A DNA stretch of 64,000 nt from IMG/VR virus record IMGVR_UViG_3300027131_000001, one strand, 5' to 3'. Within the stretch, counting starts at the first letter, position 1; each line of letters starts with the position of its first letter. Below are positions 19,256 through 28,910 of this stretch, one piece after another. A program made the position numbers and the translations under genes. The notes beneath the pieces were generated by a model. The model had not been told where the DNA came from and searched no databases. It saw nothing but the letters and a program-made list of their open reading frames with translations. The DNA is from a virus.

Positions 19256-20238
19256 TATTGTTTTGCCTTAACTGTTCCAAATTTAAAGTTTACTTGTGGA
19301 CTTGAAAAGGCACCATGAGTGGTTCTGTGTTCAGCAGTAGCAATATGTTCACCCTTTTCATTATGAAAGTGTACGCTACCATTCTTTGCGGTTGCAGTAA
19401 TGGATTTTGATTTATTAATTGCAACAACAGCTGGATGGTTTTCAATAGGAGTAGACTTGCCACCTTTCTCACCTACAACATAATGATATGGTAGGTCGGG
19501 ATTAGCTTTTAAGAAATGTTTAATATGAGTTTGTTTTTCTTGATGTGAAGCATTATTAAATGCCTCTACATGATTTTTTGCAGATGCATACTGAGCAGTG
19601 CGGTTGTGACCAATAATCGTTTCGTCTTTTCTTACTGCTTTAATATCTTTAGTAGTTTTACCTACTAAACCGGCTTTCTTTTTACCTTTTGCCCACTCAG
19701 CAGTTGTTCCTGTTGACATACCGTGCTCGGCACTCTGACGTTCAAAAGAAGCAGCTGGATTGTTGGACGCTGTACCACTTGTTGCTTTGAGAGAAGCACC
19801 ATGCTCAAAGCTTTTCTTATTTTTTTTGCCCTTGATTAAAATATCATGAGGATTAGCGGCACGACTAACCTCACGACCTATATGCTGACTAATACCTTGA
19901 CTAGTGTGGTGAATTTCATGTACGTGTTCTGGACTAATACCTTCATCGGTATGTAAACTCTTCAAGTAAGCGGTGGCAGAGTCTTTTGATTTTTTGGCAA
20001 TATCAGTTTGTTTCTCGGGTGACAATTTTGATAATGCTTCTTTATGTTTGTTTTTAAGAGCTGTAATTTTAGATTGATATGTTTTGTCAGGATTACTTTT
20101 TGAAGCTGTTGCATTATGAATATGCAATGCTGTTCCAGCCTCATATGCATCGCCCATAGCAGAATTACTAGCGTTAGCGTCTGCCTCTTCGCCCAGGCTA
20201 AGGAATTGTTCTTGTACAAAGGTGGAAAAAGACTTCAT
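19255..20238 (-). CDS. Putative PD-(D/E)xK-type endonuclease
   Basis: GDAYE...NPHDILI...GASLK spacing resembles the restriction-fold core. Confidence 0.45.
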   Translation of the reverse strand: MKSFSTFVQEQFLSLGEEADANASNSAMGDAYEAGTALHIHNATASKSNPDKTYQSKITALKNKHKEALSKLSPEKQTDIAKKSKDSATAYLKSLHTDEGISPEHVHEIHHTSQGISQHIGREVSRAANPHDILIKGKKNKKSFEHGASLKATSGTASNNPAASFERQSAEHGMSTGTTAEWAKGKKKAGLVGKTTKDIKAVRKDETIIGHNRTAQYASAKNHVEAFNNASHQEKQTHIKHFLKANPDLPYHYVVGEKGGKSTPIENHPAVVAINKSKSITATAKNGSVHFHNEKGEHIATAEHRTTHGAFSSPQVNFKFGTVKAKQ

Positions 20239-20273
20239 TGGTACTCCGATAGATTATATTATATTTATGTCAT

Positions 20274-20296
20274 AAAAAAACCCACCGAAGTGGGCT
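20274..20296 (-). terminator. Intrinsic terminator after clpP
   Basis: GCCCAC-TTCG-GTGGGT followed by a T run. Confidence 0.85.
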
Positions 20297-20299
20297 TGT

Positions 20300-20860
20300 T
20301 CATAAGATCTGGTCTGCTACCCCGAGAGTCATGCATTCCTCCGCGGATAACCAAACATCTGATGGTGGAAGCAGCTTACGTTTAATTGTTCGCTCATCCA
20401 TATCTGTACTGTTCTTAATAATATCGAGCATCTTTTGCTTGACAAACCGTGTCTCACGTTCTGATGCTTTGATGTCGTGCTCCTTGCCCTCGTACGAAGT
20501 AGAAAACTGGTGACACATAATACTTGTGTTGTGTGCAAGTACCCGTCCACCTCTTTGACCTGACACAAAAATCATAAATGCTGCACTCATCAAACTTCCA
20601 AGACCAATTGTCTTAATTGGAATCTTACTAGATTTCATCATATCAATTACAGCAAATGCATCATAAAGATCTCCACCAATACTATTAATATAAAGGGTCA
20701 AATACTCTTTAGGTACTGCTCTTTTATTCTCACTTATGATCCACTGTATTACCGGTGTGGTATTAAATTGTCCAATCTCTCCAGTCAGGTAATGTATACC
20801 GTTAGTATACAAATCATATTCAACTTGGTCTTCAACATTACATATATTGTCTGATATCAT
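20300..20860 (-). CDS. clpP: ClpP-family protease subunit
   Basis: LYINSIGG, MSAAF (Ser), MCHQ (His), DVWLSAEEC...GVAD. Confidence 0.85.
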   Translation of the reverse strand: MISDNICNVEDQVEYDLYTNGIHYLTGEIGQFNTTPVIQWIISENKRAVPKEYLTLYINSIGGDLYDAFAVIDMMKSSKIPIKTIGLGSLMSAAFMIFVSGQRGGRVLAHNTSIMCHQFSTSYEGKEHDIKASERETRFVKQKMLDIIKNSTDMDERTIKRKLLPPSDVWLSAEECMTLGVADQIL

Positions 20861-20868
20861 AACACTCC

Positions 20869-21342
20869 TTATGGACACTTAATTATTCGAACTGCTTCAC
20901 GAACAGATGTATCATCTTGATCATTATTGCGTAGATATTTAGCCTGCAGTCTATAGGCTTGTTTTTCATTTTTATACCATATGTCACAATCTACTGCAAC
21001 AAACCCACTATTTGCTTGAATGTGGTGAATAAATTCATGGACCATAACTGATTTAGCATACATATCGTTAAAGTTTAAGTCTTGTCTGTAGTATACTTTA
21101 TTAGAAGTATATACAGCATTAACAGGACAGTAGCTACTTCCGTTACATACCAGTGACTTCAGATATTCAAACGTTGCTGGGTATATTTCTGGGAACGGTA
21201 TATCTTCTCTGATCTTCATTAGCTGTTTAGCTTCATTCATTAGTGAAATCATATTAGCATCAGGAACAATTGCTCCCTGATTCTTGGTCTGACCAAAACC
21301 AATACTAGCAGTAAGAGCAAATAACACAATCAAATTTTTCAT
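20869..21342 (-). CDS. Secreted putative Zn metallopeptidase-like protein
   Basis: Signal peptide; VHEFIHHIQ (HExxH) and downstream EKQAY. Confidence 0.65.
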   Translation of the reverse strand: MKNLIVLFALTASIGFGQTKNQGAIVPDANMISLMNEAKQLMKIREDIPFPEIYPATFEYLKSLVCNGSSYCPVNAVYTSNKVYYRQDLNFNDMYAKSVMVHEFIHHIQANSGFVAVDCDIWYKNEKQAYRLQAKYLRNNDQDDTSVREAVRIIKCP

Positions 21343-21364
21343 AACAACTCCAATGTAGGAATCA

Positions 21365-21393
21365 ATTATACAATAAAACCAGACCAAGGTCAA
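21365..21393 (-). promoter_or_regulatory. Sigma70-type promoter
   Basis: TTGACC-17 nt-TATAAT. Confidence 0.8.
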
Positions 21394-21567
21394 CTAATCT
21401 TTATCTTTACCAATTTTTAATTCAATCATAGATTCAATAATATTTACTGGAAGATCAAACATTTTAGACAAATAGATGAAGATGTGTTTAATAGTTAATA
21501 GTACAGAAGTAACTACAAATATTACTGTAAACTGAATAACAAAATTAGCTGAATGAATTAAACGCAT
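21394..21567 (-). CDS. Small membrane protein (57 aa, below ORF-track cutoff)
   Basis: Manual translation MRLIHSANFVIQFTVIFVVTSVLLTIKHIFIYLSK...; fills the gap after the helicase. Confidence 0.45.
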   Translation of the reverse strand: MRLIHSANFVIQFTVIFVVTSVLLTIKHIFIYLSKMFDLPVNIIESMIELKIGKDKD

Positions 21568-22933
21568 CTTTGAACTTGCCCTTTTCTGATTTGATTCTTA
21601 ATCCAGAATCTGATTTATCGAACACTGGTCCATCATCAACAATATCTTGTTGTGCACTCTGTTCCACATCGTACAACTTCATCTTAGACTTATCAACACC
21701 AACAACAAACCTACGGTGTTTAGTTGGATCGCTGTACCTATTCTTCAATTGCTTGACCATGATCTGGTTAAGATCTTGCAACTCTTCTGAACTAATCAAC
21801 GCAATCATAAAGTCAGCAGTAGCTGGTAGACCAAATGATTCGCTCGTATCTTCTAATCCTAGATCGCTACTTGTAAACCCACTACGTGTGGTCTGTGTGG
21901 CTGTGACAATAGGTACATCAAACTCAACAGCAAGTCCTCTCAACTCCTCTGCAATTGCTTTAATGTATGTGTACGAGTTAACATTGGCACCGTACTTCAA
22001 TCTTGAAGAACTACAGATATTTAGATAGTCAATGTAGATGATTCTTGGTTTGAAGTTTCGTTTTACTTTCAACTCATTTAGCAAGTGCCTCATATGGCCG
22101 GCACCAGCTGATGCAGTTGGATATTCTTTAATTATTAGCTTGCCGGTTGTATTGCTTAGCAATCGTTCCATCTTCTTGTCATACGACTCACGAGGAAGTA
22201 GTACAAGTTCATCTAACGATACATTCAATAGGTTTGCATCAATACGTTCAGCAATTCTTTCTTCTGCCATCTCTAGAGTAATGTACAATACATCCATACC
22301 TGCAGCAAGGTTGGCTGCAGCAAAGTGACACATTGCAAGAGACTTACCAACCCCAGTACCTGCCAAGATAACATTCAGTGATTTATTTGGTAAACCACCT
22401 TTGGTTATCTGATTAAAGTAATCTAGATCAAACGGTACTCTTTCTTCTTTTCTATGGTAGTATTCATACCTCTCTGCAGCATCTTCAAAGAAGTCGTGGC
22501 CGATGTGTGAGTCAAATGAAACAGATAGAGCATCGGATAGAATCTGTGGAATAGCGCCCTTACCGAGCTTCTCCTTATCACTATCCAGAATCTGAATAGA
22601 CTTCATGATAGCGTTGTATATTGCCTTGTCCTGACAGAACTTCTCAGTCTGATCAATCAGCCAATCATGATTCTCGTTTGGCTTTTCTTCTAATTCATTA
22701 ACAAGAACTGCAATGTCGCTGTAGTAGCTTGATATTTCTTTGTTCTCATCAAGCTCAATCAATAATGCTTCCTTATTAGGAAACTTATTATACTTTTCAA
22801 CGAACGCATCTATTCCTTCATAGAGAGCTTTTATTGATCGCTCAACAAAGTACTCACTCTTTAGAAAGGGAATGGCCTTACGGCCATATCCCTCATTCGA
22901 AAGTAAATTAGATAAAATTAACTTTTCAATCAT
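21545..22933 (-). CDS. Replicative DNA helicase (T4 gp41-like)
   Basis: AGTGVGKS, YITLEMAEE, IDYLNI, ATQTTRSG, SESFGLPATAD, KNRY. Confidence 0.97.
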   Translation of the reverse strand: MIEKLILSNLLSNEGYGRKAIPFLKSEYFVERSIKALYEGIDAFVEKYNKFPNKEALLIELDENKEISSYYSDIAVLVNELEEKPNENHDWLIDQTEKFCQDKAIYNAIMKSIQILDSDKEKLGKGAIPQILSDALSVSFDSHIGHDFFEDAAERYEYYHRKEERVPFDLDYFNQITKGGLPNKSLNVILAGTGVGKSLAMCHFAAANLAAGMDVLYITLEMAEERIAERIDANLLNVSLDELVLLPRESYDKKMERLLSNTTGKLIIKEYPTASAGAGHMRHLLNELKVKRNFKPRIIYIDYLNICSSSRLKYGANVNSYTYIKAIAEELRGLAVEFDVPIVTATQTTRSGFTSSDLGLEDTSESFGLPATADFMIALISSEELQDLNQIMVKQLKNRYSDPTKHRRFVVGVDKSKMKLYDVEQSAQQDIVDDGPVFDKSDSGLRIKSEKGKFKDAFNSFS

Positions 22934-23126
22934 TTAATGGAACCAATGAATACGATTTATGTTTAGTTGTCTCCACAAATTCCATAGCTTCTTCTACTGT
23001 CTTAAAGTACTTCTCAGCAAATAGTCTTGCATTGGAGTCTGGATATTCAATTGCCATATCGTTACGCTTATATGTTGTAGGTTCAACTTCTGGAGTGCCA
23101 ACATATTCGAAGTAGACTTTATACAT
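22926..23126 (-). CDS. Hypothetical protein
   Basis: ORF bridging uvsX and the helicase. Confidence 0.5.
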   Translation of the reverse strand: MYKVYFEYVGTPEVEPTTYKRNDMAIEYPDSNARLFAEKYFKTVEEAMEFVETTKHKSYSLVPLND

Positions 23127-24153
23127 CACTCTCTCCCATTCCGTAACTGAATTCTTTCTTTGCACATACTTCTAACCGAGCCAATATCTCTTCTGTAAAG
23201 TAGAGCTCTGGACGAGTGTTGATCTCTTTACCAAATACCTTACGACCATCAGGTAACTCATACCGAGTAGATACCTTTTTCATTATCTCATACTTCTCAG
23301 CAAGCTCTAGTAATCCAAAGTAACGATCTAAACCTTTGTTGTAAGTAAGTAACACTGTTGCGTCTTGGTTTTCTTTGGACAGTCTTGATTTAAAAGTTTT
23401 AATCTTAATTTGGCTTCCAATGATTTCTCCGTCCCCGTCTTTCTCTTTTTTCTTGGAGAGCATAGCAATAGTGCTAGCTGCGTACTTGAGACCTGATCCA
23501 CCGCTGATTTCTTTTGTCGGAACATATGAACCTACTACCTCATAAACGTGGTTTGTGACAAGCATAGGCACCTTAACCTTTGCCAACTTCAATGTCAGAA
23601 CACGGAACGCAGCCTTGATTACTTGCGACTTTGTCATGTCTCTGACATCCTTCCCTTCTAAAGAATCTTCCATCTCCTTAGAAGTAGAAAGCAATCCCAG
23701 ACTATCAAGGACAAACATCATAGGTGGACGTTGGTCTGCTGGTTGTTTCTCATATGCTTCGATCAGTTTAAGTGCGTGTGTCTTAAACTTCTGAATAGTA
23801 TCTGGTTCTGCAATAATGACACGTGCTGTATCAATACCGCGTGACTCCATCATTCCCTTAGTGACTGCTGCCTCGGTGTCGTAGTAGACGACTGCTCCGG
23901 TTGGGTTCTTGTCAAGGAAGGCTCTAACGATACCAAGAACGAAGAAAGTCTTACCAGTAGCGGACTCTCCTGCAAAAGCAGTAATCTTGTTATCAGGTAT
24001 GCCACCATAGATGCTACCAGAGAGAAGAGCGTTGAGAATGTAGCTGCCAGTATCAATATAACCACCATACTCAGAACTAGCAGTGCCGTCAGCGGCCAAG
24101 TAAGTATCCTCATCATTTAATTCCTTTAATAAACTCTTTAAAAAACTCATCAC
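23119..24153 (-). CDS. uvsX: RecA-like recombinase
   Basis: AGESATGKT, YDTE, LDSLG, SGGSGLKYAAS. Confidence 0.95.
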   Translation of the reverse strand: MMSFLKSLLKELNDEDTYLAADGTASSEYGGYIDTGSYILNALLSGSIYGGIPDNKITAFAGESATGKTFFVLGIVRAFLDKNPTGAVVYYDTEAAVTKGMMESRGIDTARVIIAEPDTIQKFKTHALKLIEAYEKQPADQRPPMMFVLDSLGLLSTSKEMEDSLEGKDVRDMTKSQVIKAAFRVLTLKLAKVKVPMLVTNHVYEVVGSYVPTKEISGGSGLKYAASTIAMLSKKKEKDGDGEIIGSQIKIKTFKSRLSKENQDATVLLTYNKGLDRYFGLLELAEKYEIMKKVSTRYELPDGRKVFGKEINTRPELYFTEEILARLEVCAKKEFSYGMGESDV

Positions 24154-25034
24154 ATCTCCCTTATTTGATTCTTATCAATCATGATTGTACCACCTCTGAT
24201 CTTGCCAGTCAACTCTTTCAGTAACCTGGCACGTGATTCAATCTCTTGTTGTGTTTCTTGTTCGTCTTCAACCTTCTGCTCTTCAATCTTTATCTTACTA
24301 AGTCCAATATTAGCAGCAATCAATAAAATGATTGCAAGTGGATCAAATACAATAACAATAAGAATGATTACCCAACGGACTGTCTTATCCAGAAATTGAG
24401 AGTCGACTTTGTCGTAAAATAACTCTGCAATGAACTTAAGTGGTCCAACTTCTGCTTCTACTTTTCTGACTTGTACTGCGAGTGGTGCACGATCTTCATT
24501 AAGTTTACTAATTGTTTTCTGGTAGGTTTGGATTTCCTCTTGTAGGCGAGCACGGTCTTTTTGTTGTGAGCGCCGAACCACCACTGCTTTTTCCGCACCT
24601 TTTTCTGTATCACTGCGGCCCATGATCTGGTCCACAGCCTCATCGTATTGTTTAAGTGCTTTGCGGTTCGCATCTATGTTCTCCTTTGCTACTTTAATCT
24701 TTTCATCATATATTACTAGCTGAGCTATAACATCACCCGAACTCGTTGTCTGGTCTATGTGAGCTTTTGACAAGTAACCAAACGTTCCCATCGATGTAAT
24801 GAACATCAAAGCAAGTATCGATGCAATCAAATATGTTTTAATTGAGAACGGTGCAATATCCCAATTACGATATGTCCACGATGCAGCAACTACCTTTGCC
24901 ACTTCAAGTGTTCCACCCATAATGACAACAGGCCAGAATGATGCTGCAAATATAGTTGTAAGGCCTATAACAGAGAAGTAAGCTGCGATAGCTGATAAGC
25001 CAATCGCAACCAACAAGGCAAGATAGTTAATCAT
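24150..25034 (-). CDS. Membrane protein with coiled-coil loop
   Basis: 3 N-terminal TM helices, GYLSKAH, coiled coil, FDPLAI TM helix. Confidence 0.75.
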   Translation of the reverse strand: MINYLALLVAIGLSAIAAYFSVIGLTTIFAASFWPVVIMGGTLEVAKVVAASWTYRNWDIAPFSIKTYLIASILALMFITSMGTFGYLSKAHIDQTTSSGDVIAQLVIYDEKIKVAKENIDANRKALKQYDEAVDQIMGRSDTEKGAEKAVVVRRSQQKDRARLQEEIQTYQKTISKLNEDRAPLAVQVRKVEAEVGPLKFIAELFYDKVDSQFLDKTVRWVIILIVIVFDPLAIILLIAANIGLSKIKIEEQKVEDEQETQQEIESRARLLKELTGKIRGGTIMIDKNQIREM

Positions 25035-25329
25035 TTTCTACAATTTTGTTTACCTTATCAATAAACGCTGTCATCTTCTTTGACCTATCAGGCCATAGTA
25101 TGTACTCTTTATCAGGATCTTTCTGAAGGTTTATCAATAAAGGCATAATTAGTTTATAAAGAGCTTCCATTCTATCTTTGTACTCTTTAGAAGTCAACGT
25201 CAATTGTTTTTCAGTTTGAATGACCTGTTGTTGCAATTGACGTTCCATTGACTTGAGCTCGTCCTCGCTAACAGCAGAGAATCCAAAGTCATTCTCAGTA
25301 TCATCGAGTGAAATATTAATCTTTCCCAT
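25027..25329 (-). CDS. Conserved phage hypothetical protein
   Basis: DFGFSAV...PLLINLQKDPDKEYILWPDR. Confidence 0.65.
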   Translation of the reverse strand: MGKINISLDDTENDFGFSAVSEDELKSMERQLQQQVIQTEKQLTLTSKEYKDRMEALYKLIMPLLINLQKDPDKEYILWPDRSKKMTAFIDKVNKIVEND

Positions 25330-25337
25330 CTCTTTTC

Positions 25338-27872
25338 CTATTCGAAGAATTGTTCTAGTGTTTGTCTACGGTCTTTGATCTGCCAACCAACAGCATCGAG
25401 AATCGACTTGATTGGTTCCAAGAATGATTTATCAAACTGAGTTTCGTAGTCAACATACGGATGAATATTCAGCACCTTTGGTAATTCCCCAGGTGAAGAT
25501 ATCACAGAGTCACGAGCTGGGTTCGGTGTACGGAGATATGCAAACTTAATCTTGTCCCCGTCACGTATGATTGGATACTTTGTATCTAGCTTGTGCTCTC
25601 TTAGCAGTGCATTGTATATCAAAGAACCCTTGACGTGAATTGGTGTAGACTTTCTGTATATCGAGGATGCATCTTGGTACTTCTTTAAATCTCTCACACT
25701 TCTCGGAAATGCAATCTCTTCAAATGGCAAGGTCATGAACTCCATCTTAAAATCTGTGATGAACTTGATAGCAGCTTTCTCATCTTCGTTCATAATCACT
25801 TCGAGAGCCTTCTTAATGTTCTTTCTACAAGCAGCAGGAGTAGAAGACCGGACAGCCTCGATCCCTTGCATCTTCAACTTAGGCTCGTTGTACTGAACAC
25901 CTTCGTTATTGTATACGTTCAGAATGTAATGCTTCTTGCCAGTCCATATACCTTTATTAGCAATTGCTTCACGCTTCATCACCATCTTCTGCTTCATCAC
26001 CTGCATGTAGTCACCAAGCTCATCAAACGTCTTATCGATGAATGGTTGGATCTTCTTCTCACATACATCATCGAGGAACTTGACAATCTTCTGAGTGTCT
26101 TGTTGTTCGTCTCCGAACACACCCTTGACCAGTCTTTCCATGCGAATGTACATCGAGTCTGTATCACAAGCAATCACATAGTCTTCGTCCTCAGTCTTGA
26201 ACAACTTATTCAAGTATTGGTTAATGTGCTTCTCCATCCAACGAATTGATAGCTGGCCAGACATTGTAATACCTTCAGCAAGGTTACGTTGGTACCATCT
26301 AAAGTAAACATTACCCAAAGCACCATAAGCACTGTTAAGCTGAATCTTCTTGGCCATCTGCATGTTGTTGCATCTAGCAATCTCGTTTGCAAGTTCACGA
26401 GTAGGAGTTTGTTCGTATTGTTTCTTTGCTTCGATCATACGCTTCTTCCAAACGGTACGATCGTTGTACATATTCTCCATCAACGTAGGAAGGAATCCAA
26501 CATTGTTCTTACTAAACAAAGCACCGTTAGGACACATTGTCATGTTCTGATCTTTTAGAAGCTTTTCAAACTCATCACCGACCTGTTTGTTTAGACATCT
26601 TTCAATCGTTACTTCATCTACAACACCAATGTAAGTATCTGGGCTAATGTTGTATTGCATAATCAAATGTGGATAGAGACTATTCAAGTCAAATGAGCAA
26701 ACCCAGTTATGTAATCCAACTTGAGGATCTTTGACATAGGCTCCAATAATTGGGCCCATCTCTCTATCAACCTCCTGTCTATCATCGAGTACGCTACGTT
26801 CAACATTATCAACAACAATACCACGATCCATCAAGTAGTTTGTAATAATGATATCCCAAATGCGAACAGTCGTGAATGTATCAACATAGTTGACCTTCGC
26901 ATCATATGCAATAGCAAACACCTGCTCAATGAACTTCAGCTTCTCTTCTAACTTATCAACCAACACAACGTCGTGGATGTTGTAGTCAACAAACTTTTCA
27001 AAGTTCTGCATATAGAACTCATGCATCGACTCGTATTCAGAATAGTCTAGCTTCTTTTCACCAAGCTCATACTCAGCAATGTGATCTAGCTTATATGATT
27101 CTTGTGGTGTATAGGAGAACTTCTTATAAAGAGCCAAGTAGTCAAGAACAGCAATACCGTACAGGTCATATACTTTAGGTGCTGTTGGATCTTTACCAAT
27201 CTGGCGTTCCTTCACAATGTTCCACGGTGATAATTTACTTGCCTGTTTAGCACCAAGTACATTGGTAATTCGTTTGTAAAGATACGGAATGTCAAAATAC
27301 TCTACGTTCCAACCAGTAACAACATCTGGCTTCCACTTATTGGAGTTCCATACTTCCAAGAACTTCTCCAGAAGATCAATCTCGTTCCTGCACTGGATGT
27401 AGGTAACATCTTCACTCTTTGCTTTGTACGGTCGCATACCAAGAACAACTACCTTACCCTTCTTACGAATTGAAAGGGTGATTACTTCTTTGTCGGCATA
27501 TTCCATACTGGGAAAACCATTGAGTGTCGATGTTTCAATGTCAAGTGATACAACATTAATTGAATCAACATCGTAGTTGATCTCACCCTTGAACATTCCG
27601 TGGATTGCTTGATATGTGTAGAGAGTAGATCCGTAGATGTCAAACCCAGCAACATCTTCGTATTTCTTTAGAAACTCTCTTGCACTCTTAACACTTTCAA
27701 AATCAATCTTATCGACAGTGCGACCTGTCAATGTTTGGTAGTTGGAATTGTTGTTAGAATTTACAAATAAATAGGGGCGGTAGGTATCACGATACTCAAA
27801 ACGCTTACCGTTCTCATATCCTCTTGCATAGACACTGTCGCCGTAAACAAATACGTTCGTGTAAAACTTCAT
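25338..27872 (-). CDS. Family B DNA polymerase (T4 gp43-like)
   Basis: LDIET exonuclease motif, SFDLNSLYP, KIQLNSAYG, DTDS. Confidence 0.98.
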   Translation of the reverse strand: MKFYTNVFVYGDSVYARGYENGKRFEYRDTYRPYLFVNSNNNSNYQTLTGRTVDKIDFESVKSAREFLKKYEDVAGFDIYGSTLYTYQAIHGMFKGEINYDVDSINVVSLDIETSTLNGFPSMEYADKEVITLSIRKKGKVVVLGMRPYKAKSEDVTYIQCRNEIDLLEKFLEVWNSNKWKPDVVTGWNVEYFDIPYLYKRITNVLGAKQASKLSPWNIVKERQIGKDPTAPKVYDLYGIAVLDYLALYKKFSYTPQESYKLDHIAEYELGEKKLDYSEYESMHEFYMQNFEKFVDYNIHDVVLVDKLEEKLKFIEQVFAIAYDAKVNYVDTFTTVRIWDIIITNYLMDRGIVVDNVERSVLDDRQEVDREMGPIIGAYVKDPQVGLHNWVCSFDLNSLYPHLIMQYNISPDTYIGVVDEVTIERCLNKQVGDEFEKLLKDQNMTMCPNGALFSKNNVGFLPTLMENMYNDRTVWKKRMIEAKKQYEQTPTRELANEIARCNNMQMAKKIQLNSAYGALGNVYFRWYQRNLAEGITMSGQLSIRWMEKHINQYLNKLFKTEDEDYVIACDTDSMYIRMERLVKGVFGDEQQDTQKIVKFLDDVCEKKIQPFIDKTFDELGDYMQVMKQKMVMKREAIANKGIWTGKKHYILNVYNNEGVQYNEPKLKMQGIEAVRSSTPAACRKNIKKALEVIMNEDEKAAIKFITDFKMEFMTLPFEEIAFPRSVRDLKKYQDASSIYRKSTPIHVKGSLIYNALLREHKLDTKYPIIRDGDKIKFAYLRTPNPARDSVISSPGELPKVLNIHPYVDYETQFDKSFLEPIKSILDAVGWQIKDRRQTLEQFFE

Positions 27873-27896
27873 ACTTCTTTCTCAGTAAAGAAAGCA

Positions 27897-27925
27897 ATTA
27901 TACAGCAGATCAATTAAAGATTCAA
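27897..27925 (-). promoter_or_regulatory. Sigma70-type promoter upstream of DNA polymerase
   Basis: TTGAAT-17 nt-TATAAT. Confidence 0.7.
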
Positions 27926-27928
27926 CTG

Positions 27929-28231
27929 CTACCTAATTGATGATGCAATTTGGATACCTGAACCGAACATTCGGCTGTAGTTATTTTGAAGATCTACTGA
28001 AGGTTTGTATGTCGTCATTACATGCTCTTCTTTGAATACAAATTCATTATCCTCAGCATACGGAGCATATGGATACAACGAAACACCAACACCATCTTTT
28101 GTTGGAACCAGTTGGACGATGCCAACGTTGGTCAGTTTGTATTTTTTGTGTTCGTGGTTCAGAGTTTTAATCACATCGAGATCACCAATTAAATCTTCAC
28201 CAGTAATCAATCTAACAATATAGAGGTTCAT
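27929..28231 (-). CDS. Sm-like small protein
   Basis: IVRLITGEDLIG...PYAPYA...YSRMFGSGI. Confidence 0.65.
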   Translation of the reverse strand: MNLYIVRLITGEDLIGDLDVIKTLNHEHKKYKLTNVGIVQLVPTKDGVGVSLYPYAPYAEDNEFVFKEEHVMTTYKPSVDLQNNYSRMFGSGIQIASSIR

Positions 28232-28246
28232 TATAATCCTTAAATT

Positions 28247-28270
28247 AAAAAGCCGGCCATTGCGGCCGGC
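28247..28270 (-). terminator. Intrinsic terminator after hsp20
   Basis: GCCGGCC-GCAAT-GGCCGGC followed by T5. Confidence 0.8.
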
Positions 28271-28277
28271 GTACTTC

Positions 28278-28826
28278 TTAGATCAAGTTGGGATCTTGTT
28301 CCATTAACAACTCACCCATAGGTTTGGTATCTTTTGATTTGCCTTTTGCGGGCTTCTCATTGATCTCAATTTTCTTTGGTTTTTTGTGATCTGGAATGAT
28401 TCTCTCCAAGAAGATCTTTAGCATTCCGTTCATCATCTCAGCATTCTGAATCTCAACTTGGTCGTTAAGAACAAATGTGCGATTGAAGGCACGGTTTGCA
28501 ATTCCTTTGAAAAGGAAGTTTTCGTTTTCATTGTCATCAGTTGCCTTACCAGCAACCATCAACTTACCATCATCAAAAGTAATTTCGACATCAGTCTTTG
28601 CAAAACCAGCAACAGCTAGCTCAACAACGTACTTATTGTCTTCTACTTTTTTGATATTGTAAGGGGGATAGTTGGGAATATTTTTGGCAACTTCATCATG
28701 AAGTTTTGCAAGTCTATTGAATGGTTCGTCAAAACCAACAAAGAACTTATCCATATCCTTAGTTCCAAGTTTGAAACCAGGGCCAAAGGCAAATGTGTTT
28801 GCCAGTGCGTGTAGTGCATCAGTCAT
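28278..28826 (-). CDS. Small heat shock protein (Hsp20/IbpA-like)
   Basis: NYPPYNI, ELAVAGF, KGIANRAFNRTF, NGMLKI. Confidence 0.93.
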   Translation of the reverse strand: MTDALHALANTFAFGPGFKLGTKDMDKFFVGFDEPFNRLAKLHDEVAKNIPNYPPYNIKKVEDNKYVVELAVAGFAKTDVEITFDDGKLMVAGKATDDNENENFLFKGIANRAFNRTFVLNDQVEIQNAEMMNGMLKIFLERIIPDHKKPKKIEINEKPAKGKSKDTKPMGELLMEQDPNLI

Positions 28827-28891
28827 TTAAGACCTCCTATTAAGCAAGGTTAAGAAAGTGTGCCCCTAACGGCGGCACACTTCTATTTATA
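28827..28891 (-). promoter_or_regulatory. Late promoter plus ROSE-like RNA thermometer 5' UTR of hsp20
   Basis: TATAAATA at 28884-28891; hairpin AAGTGTGCC...GGCACACTT; then ACCTTGCT-TAAT-AGGAGGT pairing the SD with the UUGCU motif. Confidence 0.65.
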
Positions 28892-28910
28892 CATCATCCA
28901 CTAAAGGTAG

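Noticed and set aside
25338-27872. Intein or intron in DNA polymerase (also checked helicase, uvsX and the visible part of nrdA)
   Set aside because: Lengths are normal and reading frames continuous, with no splicing motifs
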